A DNA stretch of 64,000 bases from contig JAKJBX010000003.1 of assembly GCA_022706765.1 (NCBI GenBank), forward strand, positions 10,291 to 74,290, given 5' to 3'. This DNA comes from Bacillota bacterium. Its GTDB lineage: Bacteria > Bacillota > Clostridia > Monoglobales > Firm-18. The first letter of the stretch is position 1. Every line of letters begins with the position of its first letter. The notes under the pieces were generated by a model. That model saw nothing but the letters and a program-made list of their open reading frames with translations, made no database searches and had not been told where the DNA came from. Below, one piece after another: positions 48,453 through 57,760 of the stretch. The translations under genes were made by a program, and so were the position numbers.

Positions 48453-49625
48453 ATGACCATCACCGTTACCCAGCTCAACAGATACATCAAATCCATTATC
48501 GAGCGTGACGTCCACCTGTCAAACGTTGCGGTAAAGGGTGAGCTGTCGAATTTTAAGCTGCACACCTCCGGGCATTGCTATATGACCTTAAAGGACGAAA
48601 CCTCCACCATCCGCGCGGTGATGTTCAAAAGCGCCGCCGAAAAGCTGCGCTTTATGCCGGAAAACGGCATGAAGGTCATCACGGTCGGCAAAATCTCGGT
48701 CTATGAGCGTGACGGTCAGTACCAGCTTTATATCAATTCCATGCAGCCCGACGGCGTCGGCGACCTGCATGTTGCCTATGAACAGCTAAAACAACGCCTG
48801 GCTGCGGAGGGGCTCTTTGAAGAGAGCCGTAAGAAGCTGCTGCCGAGGTTTCCCCAAACGGTCGGGGTCGTGACCTCGCCCACAGGGGCGGCGGTGCGTG
48901 ACATCGTAAACGTCATCACTCGGCGTTACCCGCTCGCGGAAATACGCATCATGCCCGTACTGGTGCAGGGCGAGGGCGCAGCGGTGCAGATCGCTGCCGC
49001 CATCGGCTATTTTAATGCGAACAACGCCGCCGACGTGCTGATTGTCGGCAGAGGCGGCGGTTCGATAGAGGAGCTTTGGGCGTTCAACGAGGAGCCTGTG
49101 GCGCGTGCCATCGCAGGGTCGAGAATCCCCGTGATTTCAGCAGTCGGTCATGAAACCGATTTCACCATCGCCGACTTTGTCGCCGACCTGCGTGCGCCGA
49201 CGCCCTCCGCGGCGGCGGAGCTTGCCGTGCCGTCGGCGATTGAGCTGACAGCGGTCATCCGGCGCAACTATTCCGCAATGCTGAGCGCGCTTGTCAGGAC
49301 CATTCAAAGCAGGCGTCAGATCCTTAACCGGTTTGCGCTTAAAAATCCAATGGACAGCATAAACCAAAGCCGTATCCGTGTCGATAATTCCGTTAAGCAC
49401 CTGTCAAGCGCGACCGCTGCACTGCTTGTGGCAAAGTCAAAACGCTTATCGGTGGAGGCGGCAAGGCTTGATGCGCTCAGTCCGCTCGGTGTGCTGACGC
49501 GGGGATATAGCGTGGTGCAAAAGGAAGGCGAGGTCATACGCTCCGTCAAACAGGTCAAAGCCGGCGACGATCTGGCTGTCCGCGTGACGGACGGCAGGAT
49601 ATTATGCAGTGTGAAGGAAGGGTGA
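48453..49625 (+). CDS. xseA: exodeoxyribonuclease VII large subunit
   Basis: Start moved to ATG 48453. OB-fold N-terminus (VKGELSNFKLHTSGHCYMTLKD), GRGGGSIEELWAFN. Confidence 0.9.
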   Translation: MTITVTQLNRYIKSIIERDVHLSNVAVKGELSNFKLHTSGHCYMTLKDETSTIRAVMFKSAAEKLRFMPENGMKVITVGKISVYERDGQYQLYINSMQPDGVGDLHVAYEQLKQRLAAEGLFEESRKKLLPRFPQTVGVVTSPTGAAVRDIVNVITRRYPLAEIRIMPVLVQGEGAAVQIAAAIGYFNANNAADVLIVGRGGGSIEELWAFNEEPVARAIAGSRIPVISAVGHETDFTIADFVADLRAPTPSAAAELAVPSAIELTAVIRRNYSAMLSALVRTIQSRRQILNRFALKNPMDSINQSRIRVDNSVKHLSSATAALLVAKSKRLSVEAARLDALSPLGVLTRGYSVVQKEGEVIRSVKQVKAGDDLAVRVTDGRILCSVKEG

Positions 49626-49630
49626 AGAAA

Positions 49631-49861
49631 ATGCCGGAGAACAGCTTTGAAAAATCGATCGAGGCGCTTGACGCCATTGTTAAGGCGCTTGAAAAGGGCG
49701 ACGTTCCCCTTGACGATATGCTGAAGCTTTTTGAGCAGGGGATTGCGCTTTCCCGCACCTGCAACGAGATGCTCGATGCGGCGGAAAAAAAGGTCAACCT
49801 GTTGATCAAAAAAGACGACGGCTTTGAAAAACAGCCGTTTAATCCTACCGAAGGGGTGTAA
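49631..49861 (+). CDS. xseB: exodeoxyribonuclease VII small subunit
   Basis: FEKSIEALDAIVKALEKGDVPLDDMLKLFEQG. Start moved to ATG 49631. Confidence 0.85.
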   Translation: MPENSFEKSIEALDAIVKALEKGDVPLDDMLKLFEQGIALSRTCNEMLDAAEKKVNLLIKKDDGFEKQPFNPTEGV

Positions 49862-49863
49862 AG

Positions 49864-50739
49864 GTGATACACTTGACAGAAGAATTGCAGCGGAAGACCA
49901 CCGTTGTAAACCGTTGGATAACCGACCTTGCCCCTGTGGGCGGCGGCTATCACGGCAGCATCTTCGAGGCGGTCAACTATTCCGTCAAAGCTGGCGGCAA
50001 AAGGATCCGTCCGGTACTGTCGCTTGCTGTTTGCGAAATGCTCGGCGGCAGCGAGGAGGATGTGATGCCCTTTGCCTGTGCGATCGAGTTTATCCATACC
50101 TATTCGCTGATCCACGATGATCTGCCCTGTATGGACGATGACGATTTGCGGCGAGGGCTGCCCACGAGCCACAAGAAGTTCGGCGAGGCGCTGGCGTTGC
50201 TTGCGGGCGACGCGCTGCTAAACCATGCGTTTGAGGTGATGTCAAATGCGCATGTGCCGTCCGGCATCGCCGTTGAGATGATAAAGACCGTGTCCCATGC
50301 CGGCGGCATTTGGGGGATGATCGGCGGTCAGGTTATAGACATGAAGGGCGCCGATACCTACGAGGAGCTTGTTACGCTGTACCGTATGAAAACCGGCGCG
50401 CTGATCACGGCGGCGGGGCAGATCGGCGTTATTGCCGCCAAAAGTAAGGATGAATCGGTGTTTTCTGCCGTGTCGGCCTATACGGATAACCTTGGTATCG
50501 CCTTTCAAATCCGGGACGACCTGCTTGACGTTCTGGGGGACGAACAGCTTTTGGGCAAAAGGGTGGGGCACGACGAGGCGACCGGCAAGCGGACCTTTGT
50601 CAGCTCGCTTGGCATAGACGGCGCGAGGATGGCGCTTGAAGAGTATACGCAAAACGCAAAGAAATCACTTTCGGTTTTCGGTGAAAGGGCGGCGTTTTTA
50701 TCCGCACTTGCCGACTATCTTTTGCAAAGAGAACATTAG
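49864..50739 (+). CDS. ispA: polyprenyl (farnesyl/geranylgeranyl) diphosphate synthase
   Basis: IHDDLPCMDDDDLRRG and FQIRDDLLD aspartate-rich motifs; GTG start. Confidence 0.85.
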   Translation: MIHLTEELQRKTTVVNRWITDLAPVGGGYHGSIFEAVNYSVKAGGKRIRPVLSLAVCEMLGGSEEDVMPFACAIEFIHTYSLIHDDLPCMDDDDLRRGLPTSHKKFGEALALLAGDALLNHAFEVMSNAHVPSGIAVEMIKTVSHAGGIWGMIGGQVIDMKGADTYEELVTLYRMKTGALITAAGQIGVIAAKSKDESVFSAVSAYTDNLGIAFQIRDDLLDVLGDEQLLGKRVGHDEATGKRTFVSSLGIDGARMALEEYTQNAKKSLSVFGERAAFLSALADYLLQREH

Positions 50740-50752
50740 AGGGGTGTCGGGG

Positions 50753-51202
50753 TTGGAGCTGCTGGACTTGGTTACTTCAAATCAAATTATCAATATCACC
50801 ATTATCTCATGGTTCATCACGCAGGTCATCAAGGTCATCCTGGTGATGCTGACAGAGCGGCGGGTCGTGCTTGAACGGTTCGTCGGCGCAGGGGGTATGC
50901 CCAGCTCACATTCGGCGACGGTTTGTACGCTGACGATTTGCATCGGGCGTGTTTTGGGCTTTTCCTCGCCGGAATTTGCCCTGGCGTTTGTCATTTCGCT
51001 CATCATCATGTACGATGCGGCGGGTGTGCGCCGCGCGGCGGGTCAGCAGGCGTCCGTCCTCAATAAAATGCTCGACGACTGGCATACGGCAAATCAGGAG
51101 TTTACGCAGATCGAGCTCAAAGAGCTTTTGGGACATACACCGCTGCAAGTCGCCGTCGGTGCGTTTATCGGCATCCTAATTGGCAGCTTTGTGGCGATAT
51201 AA
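50753..51202 (+). CDS. divergent PAP2 / DUF212 membrane protein
   Basis: GGMPSSHSATV and YDAAGVRR motifs. The ORF-track N-terminus overlaps ispA; TTG 50753 (or GTG 50744) after GAGGGG preferred. Confidence 0.75.
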   Translation: MELLDLVTSNQIINITIISWFITQVIKVILVMLTERRVVLERFVGAGGMPSSHSATVCTLTICIGRVLGFSSPEFALAFVISLIIMYDAAGVRRAAGQQASVLNKMLDDWHTANQEFTQIELKELLGHTPLQVAVGAFIGILIGSFVAI

Positions 51203-51315
51203 AGAGGAAGAAGAAGGCGTTCCGGCAGAAAGGTCGGCTTTGGCGACGGCGACCGTGCTGGTCAGCTGTGTACCGAGGAGAAATCAGGCCGTCTTTGAAA
51301 CAGAATTTAGTCATC

Positions 51316-51342
51316 AAAAAAGCGCCGTTTCGGCGCTTTTTT
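51316..51342. terminator. bidirectional rho-independent terminator
   Basis: AAAAAA-GCGCCG-TTT-CGGCGC-TTTTTT between convergent genes. Confidence 0.8.
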
Positions 51343-51447
51343 ATCTTATTGGGAGATTTGAGAAATTTCCTATGAGATAAAAACAATTAATTCATTCTTT
51401 GGCAAAGGCTTTTGGCTGTGTACCTAAAAAGCGTCGAAAGCGTTTTG
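51343..51447 (+). repeat. Repeat R1 copy E
   Basis: Eroded GGAGATTT..AAATTTCC hairpin, then AAAAACAATTAATTCATTCTTTGGCAAAGGCTTTTGGCTGTGTACCT, then AAAAAGCGTCGAAAGCGTTTT (pairs only with G.U wobbles on the + strand). Confidence 0.65.
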
Positions 51448-51470
51448 TTACATGGTATCCAACGGGCAAT

Positions 51471-52475
51471 TTAAAGATTCAGGTTCTTTTTTTGCCAGCG
51501 CCATGCGTCCTCGCACATCTGCTTCAAATCACGCTCGGCAGCCCAGCCCAGCTCTTTTTGCGCTTTGCCCGGGTCCGCATAGCACGCCGCAATGTCGCCG
51601 CTTCTCGGCGGTGCTATTTTGTACGGTATGGTATGTCCGCACGCCGCCTCCATCGCCCGAAGCACTTCAAGCACGGAGTATCCCGTGCCGGTGCCGAGGT
51701 TATAAATATGCACGCCGGTGGTATCGGCGTTTTTTTCCAATGCTTTCAAATGTCCGATCGCAAGGTCGACCACGTGGATATAATCCCTTATACCGGTGCC
51801 GTCACGGGTCGGATAGCGGTCGCCGAACACGTTTAATGCTTCCAACTGCCCTGCCGCAACCTTTGCGATATAAGGCATCAGGTTGTTCGGAATGCCTTTG
51901 GGGTTTTCGCCGATCTCTCCGCTCTCATGTGCGCCGACGGGGTTGAAGTAGCGCAGTATCGAAATGGAAACCCCGGAGTTTGCCGCGTAAAAATCCTTTA
52001 AAATCTGCTCGATCATCAGCTTTGTGGAGCCATACGGGTTTGTCGTGCCTAAGGGGAAATCTTCGGTGATCGGCAAAGACGCCGGGTCGCCGTAGACGGT
52101 TGCGGAGGAGGAAAAGACAAAGCTTTTGACATGATATTCTTCGATGAGCGACAGCAGGTTCAGCGTCCCCGTGATGTTGTTGTGATAGTATTTGAGCGGC
52201 AGTTGAACAGATTCGCCGACCGCCTTTAACCCCGCAAAGTGGATGACGGCGTCAAAGGTGTTCTCCTCGAAAATCACCCTGAGCGCATCCATATCCAGCA
52301 TATCCGCCAAATAGAATTTAAAGGGCTTTCCGGTGATCCTGACGACGGCGTCATTGACCTTTTCCTCGGAATTGGACAGGTTGTCGAAGGTGACGACGCT
52401 ATGCCCCGCATTTAAAAGCTCTGTACAGGTATGGCTGCCTATATAGCCGGTTCCGCCGGACAGAAGAATGTTCAT
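51471..52475 (-). CDS. galE: UDP-glucose 4-epimerase
   Basis: GGTGYIGSH, YGSTK catalytic motif; 334 aa. Confidence 0.9.
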   Translation of the reverse strand: MNILLSGGTGYIGSHTCTELLNAGHSVVTFDNLSNSEEKVNDAVVRITGKPFKFYLADMLDMDALRVIFEENTFDAVIHFAGLKAVGESVQLPLKYYHNNITGTLNLLSLIEEYHVKSFVFSSSATVYGDPASLPITEDFPLGTTNPYGSTKLMIEQILKDFYAANSGVSISILRYFNPVGAHESGEIGENPKGIPNNLMPYIAKVAAGQLEALNVFGDRYPTRDGTGIRDYIHVVDLAIGHLKALEKNADTTGVHIYNLGTGTGYSVLEVLRAMEAACGHTIPYKIAPPRSGDIAACYADPGKAQKELGWAAERDLKQMCEDAWRWQKKNLNL

Positions 52476-52631
52476 GGCAATACTCCGTTCCGCCGCCCTG
52501 CTCCGGCGCTGGATTGACGACCGAACAACCCTTGTCAGCAGGGGAAAAAGAGTGCGCAGGACGCAAAAGTCCGGTCAGCACTAATATCTTATACCCAAGC
52601 CGCCTGTTTGTCAAGTTCAAGCGACTGTTTT

Positions 52632-52693
52632 CAATTCATGCCTTGGCAAAGGGTTATGTCAGCGCACCTAAAAAGTGCCTGCCGACACTTTTT
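52632..52693 (+). repeat. Repeat R1 copy F (core plus 3' hairpin)
   Basis: CAATTCATGCCTTGGCAAAGGGTTATGTCAGCGCACCTAAAAAGTGCCTGCCGACACTTTTT. Confidence 0.75.
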
Positions 52694-52698
52694 GATTT

Positions 52699-52765
52699 TA
52701 GTAGAAAGTTACGAAAAATCGGCGTAATTTCCACGTTTCGGCAAAAATGCATTTCGCCTTCGCAT
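52699..52765 (+). repeat. Intergenic repeat R2 copy 3 (diverged), directly abutting R1 copy F
   Basis: TAGTAGAAAGTTACGAAAAATCGGCGTAATTTCCACGTTTCGGCAAAAATGCATTTCGCC. Followed by nested hairpin CGCCTTC-GCATCCGCT..AGCGGATGC..GAAGGCG (52755-52801). Confidence 0.65.
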
Positions 52766-52851
52766 CCGCTTGCGCGGTGAGCGGATGCGTTCGGGAAGGC
52801 GCTGCGCACCTAAACGCTTTTTTCATATTTCAAGAAAATTGCAATTTTTAC

Positions 52852-52880
52852 TTGCATTTTGTTGCAGTATTATATATAAT
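52852..52880 (+). promoter_or_regulatory. sigma-A promoter of LytTR two-component operon
   Basis: TTGCAT-17 nt-TATAAT. Confidence 0.45.
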
Positions 52881-52939
52881 TTAATATATATGTACGTTTG
52901 GTGTCTTTCGCATAACTAAACTTGTCGGGAGAAGAGACT

Positions 52940-53656
52940 ATGAAAATTGCGATATGTGATGATGACGTTTTTTATGCCAAACAATTAAAGCAGACCGTTG
53001 GGAATTGTGTCCGGTGCGGCACGATCAGCGGGATCACCCTTTACAACTGCGCCGAGGACCTTCTTGACGCCTATGAGAAGCAGGGACTGCGCTACGACAT
53101 CCTGTTCCTTGACATAAAGCTCAAAAAGCTCAGCGGGCTTGATGCCGCAAAGGTGATCAACAATCTTGACAACAATGTTCTAATCTTTTTGGTTACGGCG
53201 TATGCAGATTATGTTTTTGAAGGATATGAGGTCAGGGCATTCCGCTACATAGTCAAGCCGTTCACGCCGGAGCAAATCGGTAAGGACATGCGCATGGCGC
53301 TGAAACATCTGTATTCATTCGACCGCAAGTATACCATCCAAACGAAATCCAGCATCATGACCTTCAACGTCGACGATATTTTATTCCTTGAAAGCATCAA
53401 GCGCCAGGTCAGCATCGTATCCACAAAGGGGCGGACTTCGTTTTACTCCAAGCTGTCTACCGAGGAGGAAAAGCTGTCCCAGTACGGCTTTGTACGGGTG
53501 CATCAGGGCTATCTGGTCAACATGGCGCAGATCAAGACGATTATCGAAAACAATATTTATCTGACGGACAACACCATCATCCCCATCAGCAAGAGCCAAA
53601 AAAAGGCGCTGCTGACAAGATACACAAAATATTTGACCGAATATGAAGGTATCTGA
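52940..53656 (+). CDS. LytR/AlgR (LytTR) family response regulator
   Basis: Start moved to ATG 52940. MKIAICDDD receiver; C-terminal LytTR (FVRVHQGYLVNM). Confidence 0.9.
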   Translation: MKIAICDDDVFYAKQLKQTVGNCVRCGTISGITLYNCAEDLLDAYEKQGLRYDILFLDIKLKKLSGLDAAKVINNLDNNVLIFLVTAYADYVFEGYEVRAFRYIVKPFTPEQIGKDMRMALKHLYSFDRKYTIQTKSSIMTFNVDDILFLESIKRQVSIVSTKGRTSFYSKLSTEEEKLSQYGFVRVHQGYLVNMAQIKTIIENNIYLTDNTIIPISKSQKKALLTRYTKYLTEYEGI

Positions 53657-54436
53657 ATGAAGAACACAGTAAAAAGTTATGTTTTTTCAGCCCTTTTGTC
53701 TGCTTTGACCGGGCTGATATTGTTTTATTGCACGGCTGATGTATGGCTTTCCCTTATCGTCAGCCTTGTATTTTTATGCAGCCTTTTTATGCTGGCATGG
53801 CGCACCGGCGACCTGCGGAAGAAAATGCGGGAAATGGAAAAGCTGATAGACATGCAAAACGCCCAATATACTGCGTTGGAAGTGTTTCGGGATATATTCA
53901 GATCGGCGTGGCACGACTTCAAAAACCACACCACCTGTATCCTCGGCTTCATGGAAAGCGGCGATACGGACTCGGCAAAAAAATATGTCTCCAGCATTGC
54001 GGACAGCGTCGGTGCGGTGCCGCAGTGCATGACGGGGAATTTAGCGTTTGACTGTATTCTTTCGGCGAAAATACGCAAGGCGCAGGAAATGGGGATTGGT
54101 TTTTCATACCGCTTGAATTTGCCGTCGCACATTGGTATAACGCCTGTCGACCTGACGGTCATCCTGTCCAATGTCCTTGACAACGCCATCGAAGCGTGCG
54201 AACGTCTCGGCAGCGCCGATAAGATCATCACCCTTGATGTCGGGCAAAAAAGCGATATGCTGTTTTTAAGGGTTGCAAACACCGCCGATTTGTCAGCCGG
54301 CGCAAGAAAACAAGGAGTCTTTCACGGGATGGGGCTTAAAAATGTGGAGGCGGCGCTTGCGAAATATCACGGTCATATGGAGGCTGAAACAAGCGTCGGG
54401 GAATATGTTCTCCGTATTTTGATAAAATATAAATAA
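53657..54436 (+). CDS. GHKL sensor histidine kinase, AgrC/HPK10-like, only two TM helices
   Basis: H-box FRSAWHDFKNHTT; N-box LSNVLDNAIEA; G-box GMGLKNV; partner of the LytTR regulator. Confidence 0.75.
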   Translation: MKNTVKSYVFSALLSALTGLILFYCTADVWLSLIVSLVFLCSLFMLAWRTGDLRKKMREMEKLIDMQNAQYTALEVFRDIFRSAWHDFKNHTTCILGFMESGDTDSAKKYVSSIADSVGAVPQCMTGNLAFDCILSAKIRKAQEMGIGFSYRLNLPSHIGITPVDLTVILSNVLDNAIEACERLGSADKIITLDVGQKSDMLFLRVANTADLSAGARKQGVFHGMGLKNVEAALAKYHGHMEAETSVGEYVLRILIKYK

Positions 54437-54587
54437 TTGTGACATTTCAAAGTCCAAATATTACATTCTGCTGTCTTTTTATATGGTGTTATAATATAAT
54501 TTATAACAGGAATAGAATGGGCAAATAATATATACAGTGGCAGAATTTCAAATTTTTATTTATGGTTGTCTTCGGGGTGAACAGAGT

Positions 54588-56432
54588 ATGCAGACATTGA
54601 TTACCACAACCGTTTTTGGACTGAAAAAGGGCGATGTTGACGCTTATATTGCAAAGCTCACCCATTCCTTCAAGGATAAGCTGAGTGAGCTGATCAAAGA
54701 AAAGAAGCTGCTTGAGCGTGCCAAGCAGAAGCTTTTGGTTGAGCTCAATTCCATAGAACCGGGCGCTGTCGTCTATGAAGATGTCGAGGAGCCTGTAAGC
54801 GCTGAAAATACCGGAAAAGCGGTTGATGCCGAAGACGCCCAAAAAACCATCGTTTTGATCAACGAGCTTGCGGAGCAAAAAATCGAGCAGATGATTGACA
54901 AGGCAAAGACCCAGGTTGCCGAATATGACGTGGTTTTGGAAAACCTCAACGAGGAAATGGAAGAAAACAAACGCCAGATCGAGCAGTTGTTGTCTGACGT
55001 GATCACGCTTTTGCAGACCAACATCAGCGAGGTGTTCGACGGACAGCCCCAAAAGTCTTCGGGCGTTGCCGGCAATCCTGACCGTGAAAAGGTCATTGAT
55101 TTGTTCGACAAAAAGAGCCAGTCCGAAAGCAAAGCGGTATCTGCCGTGCCGAAGGACATCGAAGACAAGATGATGAATACGCTGAGGTCATATAACGACA
55201 TCAAGTCCAGCCTGCTCATGCGCATCGACAACATCATCGCCGACAACCCCTATGCCAAGGGTGCGGTTTTGCTGGTTGAGATCAGCAACCTGCTTTTGGC
55301 GAGCTATTTCAGTAAATCGCACGCGGAGGACGAACTCATCGACCTCGTCGTCAAGGGCATAAGCGAGTTGAGCTATAAATTACAGCCGGTCAGGCTTTCG
55401 TATGACCAAATCGCCATTTTGCTCGAAGACGTCAATGAAGCGGCGTCCGTTTCGCTGCTTGCGGACGGGATATTGCGGCAGATCGAGGGCATCGGCAGCA
55501 AGAGCAAGGCGTCGGCAGACATCTCCGCCAACATCGGTATTGCGCTGTATCCGCAAAATGCGACCGACAGCGAAACGATTATGAATTGCGCCGCTATTGC
55601 GCTGTTTAAGTCCAAGGAAAACGGTAAGGGCAACTACGAATTTATCAACGACGACCTGATTCGTGAAATCAAGCTTTCGGGTGAATTCAAGCAGGATTTG
55701 TATGACGCCGTCGAAAAGGATGAGCTGGCGCTGTTCTATCAGCCGCAGTTTTCCGCCGAGGGCAATACGCTGTTCGGCTTTGAAGCGTTGCTGCGGTGGC
55801 AAAATGAAAAATACTTCAAGGTGCCGATCCTTCAAGTCATCCAGGCTGCCGAGAAGGATGACTTGATTTCCAAAATCGGTACGATGGTGTTCAGAAAGGC
55901 GTGTATCTTTGCTAAAAAAATCAATACCGACAGGCAGCGTGACTTGATCGTTTCCGTCAATTTTTCAAATGTCCAGATTTCAAAGAGCGACTTTGTCGAA
56001 ACCGTTCAGAGTGTGCTGCTTGAAACCGGCGTTGATCCGAAACACATCGGCTTTGAGATTACCGAATCCTGCTTTATGGAGTGTTTCGGTGACAATTGCA
56101 GCAAAATCCAGCGCATCAAGGACTTGGGCGTCACCATATTGATCGACGATTTCGGCACGGGCTATTCAACGCTGTCCTATCTGATCAACCTGCCCGTGTC
56201 CATTGTCAAAATCGACAAGACGTTTTTAGACAGCATGGCGACCAACGAACGCAATGCGAACTTTGTCAGTTCGATCATTGATATATCCCATGATTTGGGC
56301 TTGAAGGTTATCGCAGAGGGCATCGAAACGGAGCGTCAGCGGGAAATGTTATCGGCAATGGGGTGCGATGTCTTGCAGGGCTATTTGCTGTCTAAACCGG
56401 CGCCCGAGGATGATGCGTGCAAATTTTTATAA
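54588..56432 (+). CDS. c-di-GMP phosphodiesterase: DivIVA-like N-terminal coiled-coil module + degenerate GGDEF + EAL
   Basis: Start moved to ATG 54588. GGDEF position reads RLSYDQIAILL. EAL residues intact (FEALLRW, NFS, EITES, DDFGTGYS, KIDKTF, EGIET, QGYLLSKP). Confidence 0.85.
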   Translation: MQTLITTTVFGLKKGDVDAYIAKLTHSFKDKLSELIKEKKLLERAKQKLLVELNSIEPGAVVYEDVEEPVSAENTGKAVDAEDAQKTIVLINELAEQKIEQMIDKAKTQVAEYDVVLENLNEEMEENKRQIEQLLSDVITLLQTNISEVFDGQPQKSSGVAGNPDREKVIDLFDKKSQSESKAVSAVPKDIEDKMMNTLRSYNDIKSSLLMRIDNIIADNPYAKGAVLLVEISNLLLASYFSKSHAEDELIDLVVKGISELSYKLQPVRLSYDQIAILLEDVNEAASVSLLADGILRQIEGIGSKSKASADISANIGIALYPQNATDSETIMNCAAIALFKSKENGKGNYEFINDDLIREIKLSGEFKQDLYDAVEKDELALFYQPQFSAEGNTLFGFEALLRWQNEKYFKVPILQVIQAAEKDDLISKIGTMVFRKACIFAKKINTDRQRDLIVSVNFSNVQISKSDFVETVQSVLLETGVDPKHIGFEITESCFMECFGDNCSKIQRIKDLGVTILIDDFGTGYSTLSYLINLPVSIVKIDKTFLDSMATNERNANFVSSIIDISHDLGLKVIAEGIETERQREMLSAMGCDVLQGYLLSKPAPEDDACKFL

Positions 56433-56445
56433 GGGTATGATATTT

Positions 56446-57747
56446 ATGAGGTTTTTCTATTCAATGCGTTATATTAAGACGGCCGTTTTGATGCTGCTGC
56501 TGACAGCGCTTGTGCTTGTGGGTCCGGCGTATGCGGCAAGCAGCTACTACGAACAGGCGAGGGTTCTTTACAATCTCAACCTTTACAAAGGAACGAGTGC
56601 GACCTATTTTGAGCCGGATTTGGAGTCTTATGTTGACCGGGAAACCGCAATCGTTTTGGTTTTGCGTCTATTCGGCAAGACCTCCGACGTCGAAAATTAT
56701 TATGATTACCGTGTACAAAGCATCCTCAGCGCATACAGCGACGGCGGCGACGTCTCGTCGTGGGCAAGGAAATATGTCGCTTATGCGATCAACAACCAGC
56801 TGTTTCCGGGTGAGCTCCAAGGGTCTGTTTTGCCGAAGCGTTATATCGACGGCAAGACGTTTATCGGTCTTATGCTGAACTGCATGGGCTATAAGCTCTA
56901 CGGCGACCAGTGGACGATAGCCGCCTATATCAATTCCTACCTCGGCGGGGTTTCTGCGGACGATGCGCGGTATGTCAACGACAAGATCATTTCCAAAAAC
57001 GATATGGTCGCCATCATATGGGAGTCGCTCGATATGCCGACGAAGGATTACGCGACGCTGCTTAACATGATCGTGGATTACAACAGCATCAGCTCTTCGA
57101 AGCTGACGCAATTGGGCTTTATTCGGGTGAACGGCAAGCTGATCCCTCCGGCGTTCTACTCCACCGGACTGGCGACCGCCACCGATTACTCGGTCGGATA
57201 CACGATGTCAGACGGCTCTAAATATGCGGGCGGCACCTCCGGCGGCGTGCCGGACGGGTTTGGTGTCGTCACCTATGAGGACGGCAGCGTCTATGAGGGA
57301 TATGTTTCCGCGGGCAAGCGGCACGGCGAAGGCAAATTATTAAGAAGCGACGGCTTTGTTTATGTCGGCGGCTGGCAAAATGACATGATGAATGGCAAGG
57401 GCGCCATGACCTGGGCAAACGGCGACAGATACTCCGGTGATGTGGTCAACGGCTCTTTCCAGGGCACCGGCACCATGACCTGGGCAAGCGGTAACGAGTA
57501 CACAGGTCAGTGGTGGGCAGGGAATTTCCACGGCAAGGGGAAATTCAAATGGAACAACGGCGACTATTACGACGGCGAATGGAATATGGGCGTTTTTAAC
57601 GGCTACGGCACGATGATGCGCTCAAACGGCGAGATGTACGAGGGCTATTGGGAAAATGGCAAAAGACACGGCTACGGTAAATGCATACTCGCTGACAAGA
57701 CTGTTTTGATCGGCAGATGGGAAAATGACGAGTACGTTGGGTCGTAA
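56446..57747 (+). CDS. secreted MORN-repeat protein with SLH-like N-terminal region
   Basis: Signal peptide MRFFYSMRYIKTAVLMLLLTALVLVGPAYA; about 8 MORN repeats (YEGYVSAGKRHGEGK, YVGGWQNDMMNGKG ...). Confidence 0.75.
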   Translation: MRFFYSMRYIKTAVLMLLLTALVLVGPAYAASSYYEQARVLYNLNLYKGTSATYFEPDLESYVDRETAIVLVLRLFGKTSDVENYYDYRVQSILSAYSDGGDVSSWARKYVAYAINNQLFPGELQGSVLPKRYIDGKTFIGLMLNCMGYKLYGDQWTIAAYINSYLGGVSADDARYVNDKIISKNDMVAIIWESLDMPTKDYATLLNMIVDYNSISSSKLTQLGFIRVNGKLIPPAFYSTGLATATDYSVGYTMSDGSKYAGGTSGGVPDGFGVVTYEDGSVYEGYVSAGKRHGEGKLLRSDGFVYVGGWQNDMMNGKGAMTWANGDRYSGDVVNGSFQGTGTMTWASGNEYTGQWWAGNFHGKGKFKWNNGDYYDGEWNMGVFNGYGTMMRSNGEMYEGYWENGKRHGYGKCILADKTVLIGRWENDEYVGS

Positions 57748-57760
57748 ATGAAGAAATCTA

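Noticed and set aside
51399-51946. + strand ORFs of 145 and 164 aa.
   Set aside because: Antisense to galE, with Arg/Pro-rich composition. One begins inside R1 copy E.
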